Origin: Schmidtea nova
Taxonomy: Eukaryota
Assembly: GCA_044892505.1 (NCBI GenBank)
Contig: CM097883.1
Span: forward strand, 232,686,001-232,750,000
DNA: 64,000 nucleotides
Reading direction: 5' to 3'
Under the pieces are notes generated by a model. It had not been told where the DNA came from. It did not search any database and saw only the letters and a program-made list of their open reading frames with translations. A program made the position numbers and the translations under genes. Numbering within the stretch: the stretch's first letter is position 1; each line of letters starts with the position of its first letter. This document shows positions 1-12,629 of the stretch, one piece after another.

Positions 1-174
1 TTTAAACGAAACATTTTTTCTTTTTCTGATTATAATAAAACAAATAAAAAATGGAAAAGTGATAATTTGTTATTGAAAAAAATTTAAATCTTAAAATAAT
101 TTTAAAATATATTTTGTCTATAATATAACAAAAAGACTATTTTTAATAAGTCATTTAAAATCGTAACAATTCAG

Positions 175-213
175 AAAGCTACAATGAGTCCAGTATCTTC
201 AGGAAAGACTGAG
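175..213 (+). CDS. PRKAB: AMPK beta subunit, first visible exon; join(175..213,277..470,6544..6637,11087..11221,25355..25462,25503..25595,26418..26495)
   Basis: ttcag acceptor at 174, reads KATMSPVSSGKTE, gtaaga donor at 214, phase 0 into the next exon. The start could be ATG 184 or an upstream exon outside the window. Confidence 0.65.
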
Positions 214-276
214 GTAAGAAATCCCATTGTTTTTAAAATTTATGTTGAAAATTATTAAAAATTAAAAATACTTCAG

Positions 277-470
277 AATGAATCTTTCCAAGAACCAATG
301 GATGATGAAAAATTAAGTGAAATGTTCAATCGTCTCACGACAAACGCAAGTCAAGAATTCCACGAATCCGGAAAAATTCCGATTTTATTTCAGTGGCCCT
401 ATGGCGGGAAACATGTTTATGTCAGTGGATCATTCAATGACTGGAAAGAAAAAGTTAAATTAAAACAAAT
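277..470 (+). CDS. PRKAB: AMPK beta exon, N-terminal half of the CBM48 glycogen-binding module
   Basis: cttcag acceptor; IPILFQWPYGGKHVYVSGSFNDWKEKVKLKQ matches PTVFRWTGGGKEVYLSGSFNNWSKLPLTR of AMPK beta; phase-2 donor gtttga at 471. Confidence 0.9.
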
Positions 471-676
471 GTTTGAATTATTATTTCATTAATAATTAAT
501 GTTAATGTTAATTAATTCAACTTAATAATATATTATTAATAAATATTAGTCATTGCAGTACTATATTTCTTAATCCATATTCTATTGTTGGAATACTCTG
601 AGTAATTCGTTTGTTTACCTTTACTCCATTCTTGTTGATGCAACACTTTTACTTGTTCAAAAGAGCCTTTATATAG

Positions 677-954
677 TATTAGGATTTTCATCCTTTGAAA
701 CTTGGCAATCAATTTGTGAGTCGCTAAATGAGTCCATAAAATTTATTTCAACACAATTATTAAAAACTGGTTTTAATTTGTTATGATATTCAAACAATTT
801 ACCATTTTCATTTTTTATTTTCAATTTTTCAATTTTAAATATTTTTTCAATTTTAACTTTTAAATTTAAAATCTTTTCTAAATTTTTAATTTCACATTTT
901 CAATATTTTGTAACCAATAACTTTAAAAATTTTAGAATCTTCCAGCTTCCCTCA
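677..954 (-). repeat. 3' LTR of Gypsy copy 1
   Basis: Direct repeat of 5045-5324; reads TGAGGGAAG...CTAATA on the minus strand. Confidence 0.9.
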
Positions 955-3900
955 TATTCCCCTTCTTTAGAACTTTTTAAAGTTTTTCCACGTTTCTTAC
1001 TATTTTTTTAACATTCTCGTTTATTAAGATATATCGTCTGTCAAGCACTTTCTCGATCACTTTGTAAAGTCCCTCATATATGTTCTGGTTTTTGTTGCGT
1101 GTTTCTAATTTTACTAACACGTCTTCTCCAACATTGAATTTCCTCGTTTGTTCTTTTACCTGTTTTCCTTCAGACTTTAACCATTTTTTCTACTAATCCT
1201 TTTTCCAAAAACTATCTCAGCCGTGCCTTGTCCTGCCGTTTTTTGTTTGGTTGCATTTAATGTGAATTCGACTTCTTGGAGTATCTTTACCCAATCAATC
1301 TTCTTTCTGTCCTATAAAGTAGCATTCATCAGTTCTCGGATTGTCCTGAATTGTCTTTCAACCTGTCTATTTGTTCGATGATGGTATGGACTCTAATAGC
1401 ATAACTTAATATTTAGCTTCTTTATGAATTCTCTCATCATCCCTGGTTCAAACGCCTTCCCGCAAACAACTCTTATCTCCTTTGGGCAGCCAAATTTTAA
1501 AATCCATTTTTCGAAAATTGTTTTCTTTATTGTTTTCTCGTCTTGTCTTGTTATGACTGTCAAGACTTGATATTTACTATACTGATCTATTATTCCTAAT
1601 ATATACTTCCTCGTCCTTTGGTTTCTTGCATTGGTCCACATATATCCGCGAATATAATTTGGAACATTTTATTTGTTCTAGTTTCTTTACTGGTTCTTTC
1701 GTTATTATTGTTATAGCCTTAGTTTTTTGACAAATCTCACAATTTCTAACAATTTACTGAATCTGACTAAACAATGTTTTTCCAAAATATCTATCTTTTA
1801 TATAATCGGCTATCTTCTCGACTCCAGCATGACACAATAGTCCGTGTATTTCCTTTATTGTCTCTTGTACGTGGTGCGGTCAAAAAGTTGCTGGCCTACC
1901 CTACTTAACAAATTGATTTTTTAATGGAAATAGGTTTTCAGGTATCATCGTTTTCTTTTGTACTTCTTCTTCCAAGTTTCTTGGTTGGCTGATGCTTCTC
2001 GCTTCTTCTCTGATCGAGTCTAATAATCTAGTTTTTATCTTCCCTTTCTTAGCTTCTTCATGGGTCATTTGACACTAAGTACATGTGTCACATTTAGTTC
2101 TCCACACAATGTCTACATTTTGGTGATTAACAACCTTTCTGTATTCTACGACCATATCTAAACTGCTTAAATAATTGATCCAGGTTTGGAATTGTGAATA
2201 AACTGGCTTCTTGGTTGTAGATGTAGTGCTTAAATGAATTCAAAAATAGTATATAGGCAATAGTTCCTTTCTTGTAATATAATATCCTTTCTCGTGGCTC
2301 ATCATCGAGTGTGATCCATACGCAATAACTCGTTCCTTTCTCTCTTTCTCTCTTTGTGAAAGTACCGCCCCGATGGCATCAAAACTGGCATCTGTATCTA
2401 AGATGAAATCCTTTCTCAGATCCGGAAAACATAGGATCGGTGCCATAGTAAGAGCTCCCTTCAGTCCCTTGAACATGCTATTCGTTCCATCCGTCCATAT
2501 CAATTTTTTGTTACTCGGGACTCAATTGTTCTAACATCTGGCCTTCTTTGCATACTCGCTGATGAATCTTCTGTAATAATGGCAAATGCCTAAAAATCTT
2601 TGGAGTTTCGTTACGCAACTTGGCTTCCCAAAATTTTGTATGACCTCAATCTTAGAAGGATCTGTCTGTACTCCTACTCTTCCTGATTATGTGTCCTAGG
2701 AATCTGATTTCTTTCTGTAATATTTGACACTTTTCTGGGTTAATCTTTAGTCCTGCTTCTTCGATCACCTTTAACACTTCCCGAATATTGCATAATGTTT
2801 TTCTTACTGCTCGAATAAATCAAGATGTCGTCCAAATACGCCATTGCCCCTATTATATTGCCGATTAACTTTGTCATCATTTCCTGGAACGTACCTGGTG
2901 CTGCTGCAATTCCGAACGACATTCTATTGAAACAGTATTATCCATTATTTGTTGAGAAGGCTGATGTCTCCTGTGATTCTTTGTCTAGTTCAACTTGGTA
3001 ATATGCATTACCTAGGTCGATTGAGCTGAAAAAGACGGCTCTTTCTAAGAAATCCAACATCTTGTATATGTTCGGCATTGGAAATGCCTGTCTCTCTGTT
3101 ACCGCGTTCAGCGGCTTGAAATCCAAGCATAACCTTATATCCTTTTTTTTCTTTTTTCCATACGCATAATAACGGCGTATCCCACGGGGAGTTGCATTTT
3201 CGTATAATCCGTTTTCATACAAATTCTGTATTGCTTCTTCAATCATTGTTTCTAGATTTAATGGTTGACGATATGGTTTAATATTAATCGGTTCACCTCT
3301 TGTAACTATCTTATGTTTAACCAAATGCGAGCGACCAACATCCCATTTATCCGCCATGAACACGTTTCCACTCTTCGTTATTATTTCCTTTAGTTTGCTA
3401 TCTTCATCAATCTTTAGATGTTCCAGAGCTCGTGTCAACCGTTCTTCATCTTTTATTTGTCTGCCGAATTTTGCTTTAATGTTGCAAATATAGTTCTTGT
3501 CTTTTTCATCAGCTTCGATATATTTCCTTTTCGACAACTTATATCCAAATGCTTCTTGTAATTCCAATACTCCAATTAAATCTGGTGTCACTTTCCCCGC
3601 CACAATGAATATAACTTCCTTAAAAATATCTCCATTAGTTACTTGCACCTTTGTTCTTCCTATTGTCTCTATCGTACTCTCGTTTGCGCATCATATTTTA
3701 TCGACACTTCTCATTAATTGTTGTCCTCGTAACTTGTTAAAACAGTTCACACTCATTACGTTGATTCGTGCCCCGGTATCTAATAAACAGTCAAGATTTT
3801 CCCGATTCATCATTACATTTACACTACGTCTTCCGTGTAGCTTGTTATACGCAATATCTACAGTCTGTCCTATTTCAATCGTTCAAATTCTTTCAACATC

Positions 3901-5044
3901 CTCTTCAAAACTTTATCTCCTTAAGAACCTGTATAATTTCTCACTTACTCTTCCTATAACCCCCCCTTTTCTGCCCTTTGAGGATACACCATCAACTCTT
4001 CTGTAAGTATATGGCTCCAACCAATTCCTTCACTGGTGGAGCATAGTTCTTTGAATACGGCTTTCTAGATTTATCTTTATTTGTCTCTAAACACTATTAC
4101 CTTTCCTCTTCTTCCTTGATTCCATTTATCCGATTGCATCTGTTTCCTGTCGGTCTTTGTTTTTCTATCGTTTTACTGTAACTCAACTTTGTATAACATT
4201 CTTCGGATCTATGACCATTTCTGTTGCATCTTTTACACCATATTTTTTGACAAAACCTTCTTATATGACCTTCTTTCCCACAACCAAAACATCTTGGCGC
4301 TTTTTTATTTGGACAATTTCTACTTATATGTTCGTTTCTGTGACACGTCCAGCACTCTACTTTTCCTTTTATAGGACAGTCTATTTTCGTATGGCTCATT
4401 TTGTGGCATAATCAGCATTCTGGTCCTTCTCTTCCACTGCTTTCTTCTCTTTGTTCTTTCTGCTTGTACTGCCCCTCTCTGTGGCTCCTGATGAGCCGCT
4501 TTGGCGTACCTTTTCATGAAGTTTATCAGATCTGTTTGTTTCCACTTTATCCATAAGAATTAGTGTTTCCTTTATTTCTTCTGTGCTTTTTATCTTTCGT
4601 AGTATTACTTCTTTCTCAACTTCTTTATTCTCCGCACATACTATCAACATCTTTGTTGCTACATTCTCTTTGGTGAATTCTTTATTCTCAAATAACCTGT
4701 TCATATTGGCCTCCACCTTTTTAAAGTACGTTTCGATCTCTTCGCCTGTTCGCTTATAATTAAATTAATTTTCCAAATCTTTTATTCTATCTCTTTCATA
4801 ATCAAATGCCATTCATAACCTGTCTGGAAATCCTTCTGCTTTTTTAAGTGTCTTTGCATATGTTTCCAATAGATTCTCATCAATCAGACCTGCTGTTAAT
4901 CTTTCTTGTTCTCTATTATGCGTGATGCCTTAGCATCGAAATAGATTTCGCATCCTTTGATAAACTTCTCCAAGTCATCTTCTTGGCAAAACACCTTTGG
5001 TAGTAATCTTTCGGTGATTGCGTCCGTGTTTACCACTGCCAACA

Positions 5045-5324
5045 TATTAGAATTTTCATTCTTTGAAACTTGGCAATTAATTTGTGAGTCGCTAAATGAG
5101 TCCATAAAATTTAATTCAACACAATTATTAAAAACTGGTTTTAATTTGTTATGATATTCAAATAAATTTACCCTCATTATTTTTTATTTTAAAATTTTCA
5201 ATTTGAAATATTTTTTAAATATTAATTTTCAAATTTAAAATCTTTTCTAAATTTTTAATTTCACATTTTCAATATTTTGTAACCAATAACTTTAAAAGTT
5301 TTTAGAATCTTCCAGCTTCCCTGG
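5045..5324 (-). repeat. 5' LTR of Gypsy copy 1
   Basis: Direct repeat of 677-954, followed 3 nt later by the PBS. Confidence 0.9.
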
Positions 5325-6153
5325 TATATAGTATTCTTTCTTATTATGATAGTGGAGAAAATTGAATATTCTAATGAATTCTTTAAAAATATTTGCAAAA
5401 GAAGTAGTATACTGTATCCATTCATATTGATCTAGGCACATTCTTCGCTGTCATATACAGTCTATAACAAAATGATGACTGTTTATAAAGCTTTGCTTTT
5501 TTCGAACTTACATCGCACATGAATTAACACCAGTTTTCACCCTGTGTCGTAGATTTTTTGAAGTTACGTTTTTGGGTTACCAATTTTTATAAACTTTTTA
5601 ATTTATTTGTAATTATAATTCACTTTGCGTCGGGATATTTTGGAACAAACTCTNNNNNNNNNNNNNNNNNNNNNNNNNNNNNNNNNNNNNNNNNNNNNNN
5701 NNNNNNNNNNNNNNNNNNNNNNNNNNNNNNNNNNNNNNNNNNNNNNNNNNNNNNNNNNNNNNNNNNNNNNNNNNNNNNNNNNNNNNNNNNNNNNNNNNNN
5801 NNNNNNNNNNNNNNNNNNNNNNNNNNNNNNNNNNNNNNNNNNNNNNNNNNNNNNNNNNNNNNNNNNNNNNNNNNNNNNNNNNNNNNNNNNNNNNNNNNNN
5901 NNNNNNNNNNNNNNNNNNNNNNNNNNNNNNNNNNNNNNNNNNNNNNNNNNNNNNNNNNNNNNNNNNNNNNNNNNNNNNNNNNNNNNNNNNNNNNNNNNNN
6001 NNNNNNNNNNNNNNNNNNNNNNNNNNNNNNNNNNNNNNNNNNNNNNNNNNNNNNNNNNNNNNNNNNNNNNNNNNNNNNNNNNNNNNNNNNNNNNNNNNNN
6101 NNNNNNNNNNNNNNNNNNNNNNNNNNNNNNNNNNNNNNNNNNNNNNNNNNNNN

Positions 6154-6202
<49 letters not shown>
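6154..6202. repeat. (TC)n microsatellite at a gap edge
   Basis: Seen directly. Confidence 0.95.
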
Positions 6203-6205
<3 letters not shown>

Positions 6206-6543
6206 CAATAAAAAAATTGAATTATTTAAAAGTTGAGAGAGATACCAAAGGATACCCTGGAATAAAAATTCAGACAATAACAGTGAATTAAATAATGAAA
6301 AAATTACATTTTATTTTGTCTCTAAAATATTATTGAGGGTGTAGTTTCTTTATATAAATTTTACGTCTTAATTGAGTATTCTATTCAATTATAAAAATTG
6401 GAAGATAAATAATTTGTTTAATTCAATTTAATTGTTAAGATCAACTGAATATTTCACTCGCGGTCGAATGAATAAATTTGTTAGCAAGCTAACCGCTAAG
6501 TATTTAATTATAATAATTTATATTTATTTTCTTTATATTTTAG

Positions 6544-6637
6544 ACCGAACACATTTTATGCCATAATTTCCTTACCAGTGGGGGTCTATACTTACAAATT
6601 TATAGTCGACGACAAATGGAGTTATGACAATCAAAAA
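6544..6637 (+). CDS. PRKAB: AMPK beta exon, CBM48 core
   Basis: ttttag / A CCG...; PNTFYAIISLPVGVYTYKFIVDDKWSYDNQK vs human HNNFVAILDLPEGEHQYKFFVDGQWTHDPSE; gtaaat donor; phases consistent. Confidence 0.93.
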
Positions 6638-6848
6638 GTAAATCTTTGAAAATATAATTAATATATAATTTATGTTTTATTACGTTTATCAATTCTGCCA
6701 TTCACCAACATTTATTTTGCCGTTGAGAGATTCTAGAGAGTATTATTATTATTACGCGTACTCGTATTTATTGTATCCGTTAATATGAAAGATTTCAAAA
6801 GGTTTATTATTTATCTACAATATTTAAAAAACTAAGATCTTTTAGATC

Positions 6849-7245
6849 AAGGCTGTTTAACATGCGTCCCGGCAAACCATATTTTGCGGCCCGCTCATGG
6901 TATAATAAATACAAATCATTCCAATGTTAATGTTGTGTTTCACCATTTTTCTTATCTTAATGCAATTAAAATTAATTCAATAGTTATTTACGCAACTAGT
7001 GAGAAAATTTGAGAGTCAAACAAAAAAAGCACCAATTTCAAAATTCACACGAAGTTCGAGTTCACTTAAACTTACCACATCATATTGTGTACCAAGATTA
7101 TAATATTATATACATTACATATACAATGTATTTTTCATTTTCATAATAAAACTAAACTTTTAAATGTAGTTGAATTTTATGAGTTCCGCCTGCCTTCAAA
7201 GACTTTACCATGTGGCCCAGATGTTACAAAAGTTTAAACACCCTA
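6849..7245. mobile_element. Degraded hAT-type MITE
   Basis: Imperfect ends caaggctgtttaac / gtttaaacacccta with subterminal gcggcccg / tggcccag motifs; no clean TSD. Confidence 0.4.
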
Positions 7246-10200
7246 GTTTTACATGAACCATATATTGAGCAAGAAAACATCAAATACTATGATTTACAAC
7301 AATTTCATTAATTTATATTACAGATTCATATTTAATTATATGTACTTATTTTTAAATTATTGACACTTCATTACCGAACACTTATTATTAAATGTTCCGT
7401 GGTTGTCTATAATCAGCCTTACAAGTGATTGTTTTAATGCTTTGGTAAGATATAAAGAAAGAATAGTATTTGGTCAGCGATCCCGTTAAGCAATACTTTT
7501 AGCTGTAATGTGAATACTCGTGGAGAGCATTCAACCTTTTTCAAAATTCACATTACTCAACTCACGATGTCACACAAGACTAACCCATTTTTATTTCATA
7601 TACAAATAACATTTCAAGTGCAATAAATTATTTATAACTTTTTTATACTCGTATAGAACATTGAAAAAGTTAACCCGCCCAATATTTTATTTGTGTTACC
7701 GGAGAGCCCCCGTTATTCAACATCATTGGAATATAAAATATGTTGAATCATACGAAATGTTGAATAATAGAAAACTCCAAAATAAATGTTTTTTAATGTA
7801 AAATATTTTAAGTAAAAACAAGTTTTGTTAATTTGTTTTAATGTAGCAGAAATATAGGCCATAAGAAAACCATAACAAGTGAATTTAAAATAATCTTGCG
7901 ATAAACACGAAATAAAACAAAGTAAATAAATAAAAACATATTAGTAAATAAATTAAATGATTTTAAGAAAATAAATTAAAACAATTTATAACACAAATTA
8001 TACAAAAGCAATAATTATCACAATAAAAATAAATAATATATCATACTCATAAAACTTTATGCCACGAAAGGGTAAAGATATTTTCAGGATAATATTTGTT
8101 GAACTTATTAATTAATATTGTTAGGATTTGACTTTACTCTGACTCCACAGGTTCCAATAATCAAAATTCAAAACCCAACAAATAATAACTTTTATTTCTT
8201 TATGACAAAATCGAACAACGCATCGATAACAAAGCTTTCAAAATTGATTAAGTTAACTGTTAGTTGCAATTACATTTATTTATTCTTATTTGGTTTATTC
8301 TTAAGACACAATATTGTTTTTCATTAATAGCAAGATTTAATTCCAAAAATTATATTCATTAAAATATTTTTCAAACAATATTAATTAATAATATTATATG
8401 AATATTTTTTTGAAGCATCGATAATTTTTATGAACTATGGTTCAAACATTCTGTAATTCAACATACTGATTAAATTTTATTTTTTTCAATTTTATTAAAG
8501 GTTAAAATTTTTGAAATTAAAATTTTTAAACTTTCATTTTTGAATTACAAAAAAAAATAAATTTAATTTTTAAATCAATATTTACTAAACTTATTTTATC
8601 AAATTTTTAAATATTTATATTAACACCTCACATTTACCAAAGGTAAATATTTCAATAAACCTTTTAGCTGTTAATTCCTTGAAAAATGACAAATACTTTC
8701 TTTATTAAAATTTTCAGATTTATTCCAGACCACTGACTTCTAGGCAATAAACAATAATAGTTCACAATTAATCATCTCCACCGAGCCTTAATCTGACAGG
8801 CCGGCATTGCGCCTGCCAAACTCAACTACTATTATTATCATAGCGAGATGATTTATGATATCAATTAATTAATTAATTAGTTTGTATTTTCTGAATATTG
8901 CTGTCAAAGAATCCCATCAATTTTTATTATTTAAATTTTTCTTTGAAATTTTTCTTCTCATACTTTTTTTCCTGCAAACATTGGTCTTCAATTTTAACTA
9001 ATCTCAAATTTGATTTTTTATTTTCTGAATTTCAAAATAAATTACATATTTTAAATGCTTTCCATTTTTATCTTTTTCTACATATTTATGCAATCTCAAC
9101 ATATTTCACAGATTGCTGTTTTGCATATAAGTGGAAAAAAATAGAAAATATTGTTAAGGTTCGTCTAAAGTGATGCAACATAAGATGAGAGTGTGCGAAG
9201 GGTCGGGGGAAAATCAATAAAAAGGTTGAAAATGTGAAATTTACAATTGATAAATAAGTACAAAAATTAATTAAAAATTGATATATTGTGGGTAAATCTT
9301 GTGTGCATAGACGGTACGATTACGATTATGGTAATAAAATATCAATTGGGGTCCCCAGAAAAAGATATTCAATAAATAGAATTTAATTATAATTTAATGA
9401 ATAATCTATTAGTTATGTAGAAAACCCGAGTACATGGGAAACCCGAACTAATTTAAAACTCGAACAAAAGGAAAACCCGACTTAAAATCAAACTATCGGA
9501 TTTGCATGCCAAAATGTTTAAATTATAAAAAACAGTAATCATCTCAATTCTGTGAAAATTCAATTATAAAAAGATAATTACAATATGTCCCCATTCTGGA
9601 AATCTAATTGATATGTTGACGATATAAAATCACTATAAAAGGAATAAAAAACCGACAGTAGATTGCCATTGTGGTCGAAGTAAAATTATTCGTTGGGAGT
9701 ATTATAGATTTGGTAAGTAGGAAGAGTGTGGTTGTCAGAAACTCAACATTAGGAAATCAAAAAAAGACAATCTACCCTTGGTAGACTTACCCCTATCGCT
9801 TGAATAAATAAGAGTGCTGAGTGTTTTGCAGAAAATAGAAATTGTATTGGTTTACCGTTTGAAAATTGTGTAATTCAATAAAATTTAATGTGTTGGGTTT
9901 CGTTGATTTCTAATTGTGGGAGCACGAGGAGTCAGATAATAAACTCACAAATAACCCAACAATATACTTCAAAGTTGTGAGGAAGGCCAGAAGCGACAGT
10001 GGCATTACGTACGAAAGAAACTATTGCTAAGCATAAAAAATTCAATTTATTTGAATCGATTTTATTGATTTTTGTGACCGTTGAAAACCGAATTCATGGA
10101 AAAATAATATATTTTAGCAATAATGGATATATTTATAGTGAATCTGTTTGTAATATTCGATTTATATGCAGTTATGCTGAAAAAATATAATTTCAATCGT

Positions 10201-11086
10201 TGGATCTTTTTATTTAGGATTGAACACATGGGTTCAGATATTGACATTTTGTTATTCAATTAAATTTGCCTTTTGATTTAAAAAATTTATTAAAAACTGA
10301 ATTTATTAAAATATTTTCTTACAGCTTGATTATATCTATTTTCAAAGCTAGTCTATTAAACTGGTCAGTTTACTGAACACTTTTTAGCGAACAGCTCCAT
10401 AATTAAATAATTTTTTATATAACATTATGGGCGTCTTTAATGTATCCTCAATTTGAAATAATTGTATTTGAAAATTTAAAATTAATATTAATTTTATGCT
10501 AATAAATAAATTTATTATTAATTTTATTATAAAAAAAATATTTTTATTTTTTTATTATAAAAATTTTTTTTAATGTTTTATAATAAATTAATTGGAAAAT
10601 TTTGTATAAAGATTTATTTTAAAAGTTGAATTTTGATACAATTTGAAGATGATTATTATTTATTAAATTGTTTAAATAATTCGTATTTTCTATTATTGAT
10701 TATCCTAAAGCTGACCTGAATAAGACTCTTTTTTCGGTCGAAATATATCGCGTTTATGTTAAATATAATTAGTTGGCGTTTCTCTATTATCAAATAATTG
10801 CCATGTTTTTTTTGATTATTAATAAATTAATTATTAGATATATGTAATTCGCTTCAGACCCATCACTCTCCGGTCAATTCTTAACCCTTTACTTGAACCC
10901 TATCCATTAAGACACCCTTTACCTCTCACACTTTTTAGCATTACGGTTACTACAGTATTACCAGCGTACCGCTGAGAAAAATACCATATACCTCACAAGC
11001 TACAGCAAATTTATAATAAAAATGAAATGTAAAATTTTATTTCAAGTTTTAATAAAAAGTTTTGAAATAATTTGTTTTGAATTCAG

Positions 11087-11221
11087 CCAACCGTCATAAA
11101 TGCATTAGGTACGCCTGAAAATATTATAGAAGTGAAAAAATCGGATTTTAATGTACTTGATGCTCTCCTAAATGATGAAATTGTTGGCTTCAATCCAAAA
11201 AAGAATGATGACATCTATTCG
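11087..11221 (+). CDS. PRKAB: AMPK beta exon, end of CBM48 and linker
   Basis: PTVINALGTPENIIEVKKSDFNVLDALLNDEIVGFNPKKNDDIYS vs PIVTSQLGTVNNIIQVKKTDFEVFDAL; attcag acceptor, gtaaga donor, 135 nt, phase 0. Confidence 0.93.
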
Positions 11222-12629
11222 GTAAGATATATTCGAGTATTTTAAATTAAAACAATCAAAATAAAAATTAATAATATAATAATTTAAAAGTAAAAAAATA
11301 CAAGTAATTAATTTAAAAAATTTTGAATATTTCTAATAAAAGTGTTTTGAACTTTGAATTAAGGGTGAAAATATCTTACCATAATTGCTTAACAATGGAT
11401 CTTNNNNNNNNNNNNNNNNNNNNNNNNNNNNNNNNNNNNNNNNNNNNNNNNNNNNNNNNNNNNNNNNNNNNNNNNNNNNNNNNNNNNNNNNNNNNNNNNN
11501 NNNNNNNNNNNNNNNNNNNNNNNNNNNNNNNNNNNNNNNNNNCAAATTGAGTAATCGTTGTTTTAATGTTGATAATAAAAAAATGGAAAGCAAACAAACT
11601 CAAATACGAAGATGAAAAATTCATTAAATAATAGTCAGCAAGCAATCTCGAATGCAAAGAGGACAGATTTAATAAATATGAAGAAGGAAGAAATTCAAAA
11701 CTCAACGCACCGACATTTTTGTTTAAATAAAATTTTATTATTTATAGTAATTTATTTCAGTGTTACTCAACTTAACAGTGAATCTTTCTCAACACAGCAA
11801 CACTAATGGTGAGGTATTGGTGCTGAATTTAATATTCAAAATGCTATCATCACAAGTAATTTGAAACTTTAAAATTAATTGAGTGTTGTATTTTACATAC
11901 GAAATTTACATGCGAAAACCAAGTGAGAATTGAATGGGGGAGTATCAATGCCTTTATATTAAATACGAAAAAAATAAAATTTTATTATTTATAGTAATTT
12001 ATTTCAGTTTTACTAAAAATGGTGTCAGAACTGACAGCTCTCCAGCATCAGATAGTGAATATTACTCGGTCAATATCGAACATTTCATCGATTCATTCAA
12101 AAGCATCGTCAAAGAAACTACCGGAACTGGTTCAACTATGATATTAGAAGCCTCCACTTTCCAACAAGTTACAGCGAAGCATGTTATAATGTCACGTATT
12201 TTTTATTATATTATTTTATATAAAATTTGATTCGTATTTATTATAAAATTTATTAATTTTATTAATGTATTAATTTTATTTTACTATATATTTATCTATA
12301 AAAATTTTATATACACTCCATCTACCTCGCCCTTATTCCCTGTTTTAATTGCAAACCGCACCCACATTCAAAAACAATAGCCAATTCACAGCAATTATTT
12401 TTCCCCAGAGCTGCCTCCATTACACCAACCTATATCCTTATACGCTTCAACAACATAATAAGCCAAATCTCTATTACCACTGACCTTTACACTGACATTG
12501 CTGCCTCTCTCCACATCGATAAAACGTCTTTTTTATATGCTATGCAACGGTTTCCGAATTTCCTCGATCACGGAGATTCAGCGCAATACCATCGTAGACA
12601 TCCATTGTCGCATCTTAGGAGGTGTGCGT

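Larger units (their letters stand above)
677..5324 (-). mobile_element. Full-length degenerate Ty3/Gypsy LTR retrotransposon (copy 1) in an AMPK beta intron
   Basis: LTRs at 5045-5324 and 677-954; PBS-like TGGCAGTGGT (5041-5032); PPT AAAGAAGGGGAATA before the 3' LTR; gag with three CCHC knuckles (4097-4399); protease LLDTGA (~3800); RT (2938-3648; YLDD in 2740-2922); RNase H (TDAS, 2240-2503); integrase (1393-1641). Order is PR-RT-RH-IN, with many frameshifts. Confidence 0.95.

Noticed and set aside
471-600. ORF tail MFELLFH, and an alternative acceptor at 549 giving I-H-C-S...stop
   Set aside because: Intron read-through. The 550 exon stops after 17 codons, whereas the exon at 6544 is clearly homologous to CBM48.
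5558-6277. Long ORFs of X residues (also at 11323-11705, 42185-42580, 46042-46788, 62472-63331)
   Set aside because: Artefacts of reading through N gaps and the (TC)n tract.
8797-8815. GC hairpin CAGGC-N9-GCCTG as a Helitron 3' end
   Set aside because: Short stem, no CTRR terminus at the expected distance and no 5' TC end identified.
12020-12030. TGGTGTCAGAA, an 11-nt match to a tRNA-Leu(CAA)-type PBS near the X/Y junction (also at 16444)
   Set aside because: It lies ~50 nt from the end of X, X lacks TG...CA ends, unit 2 has a mismatch, and CsRn1-clade elements are described with a tRNA-Trp PBS. Chance is plausible.
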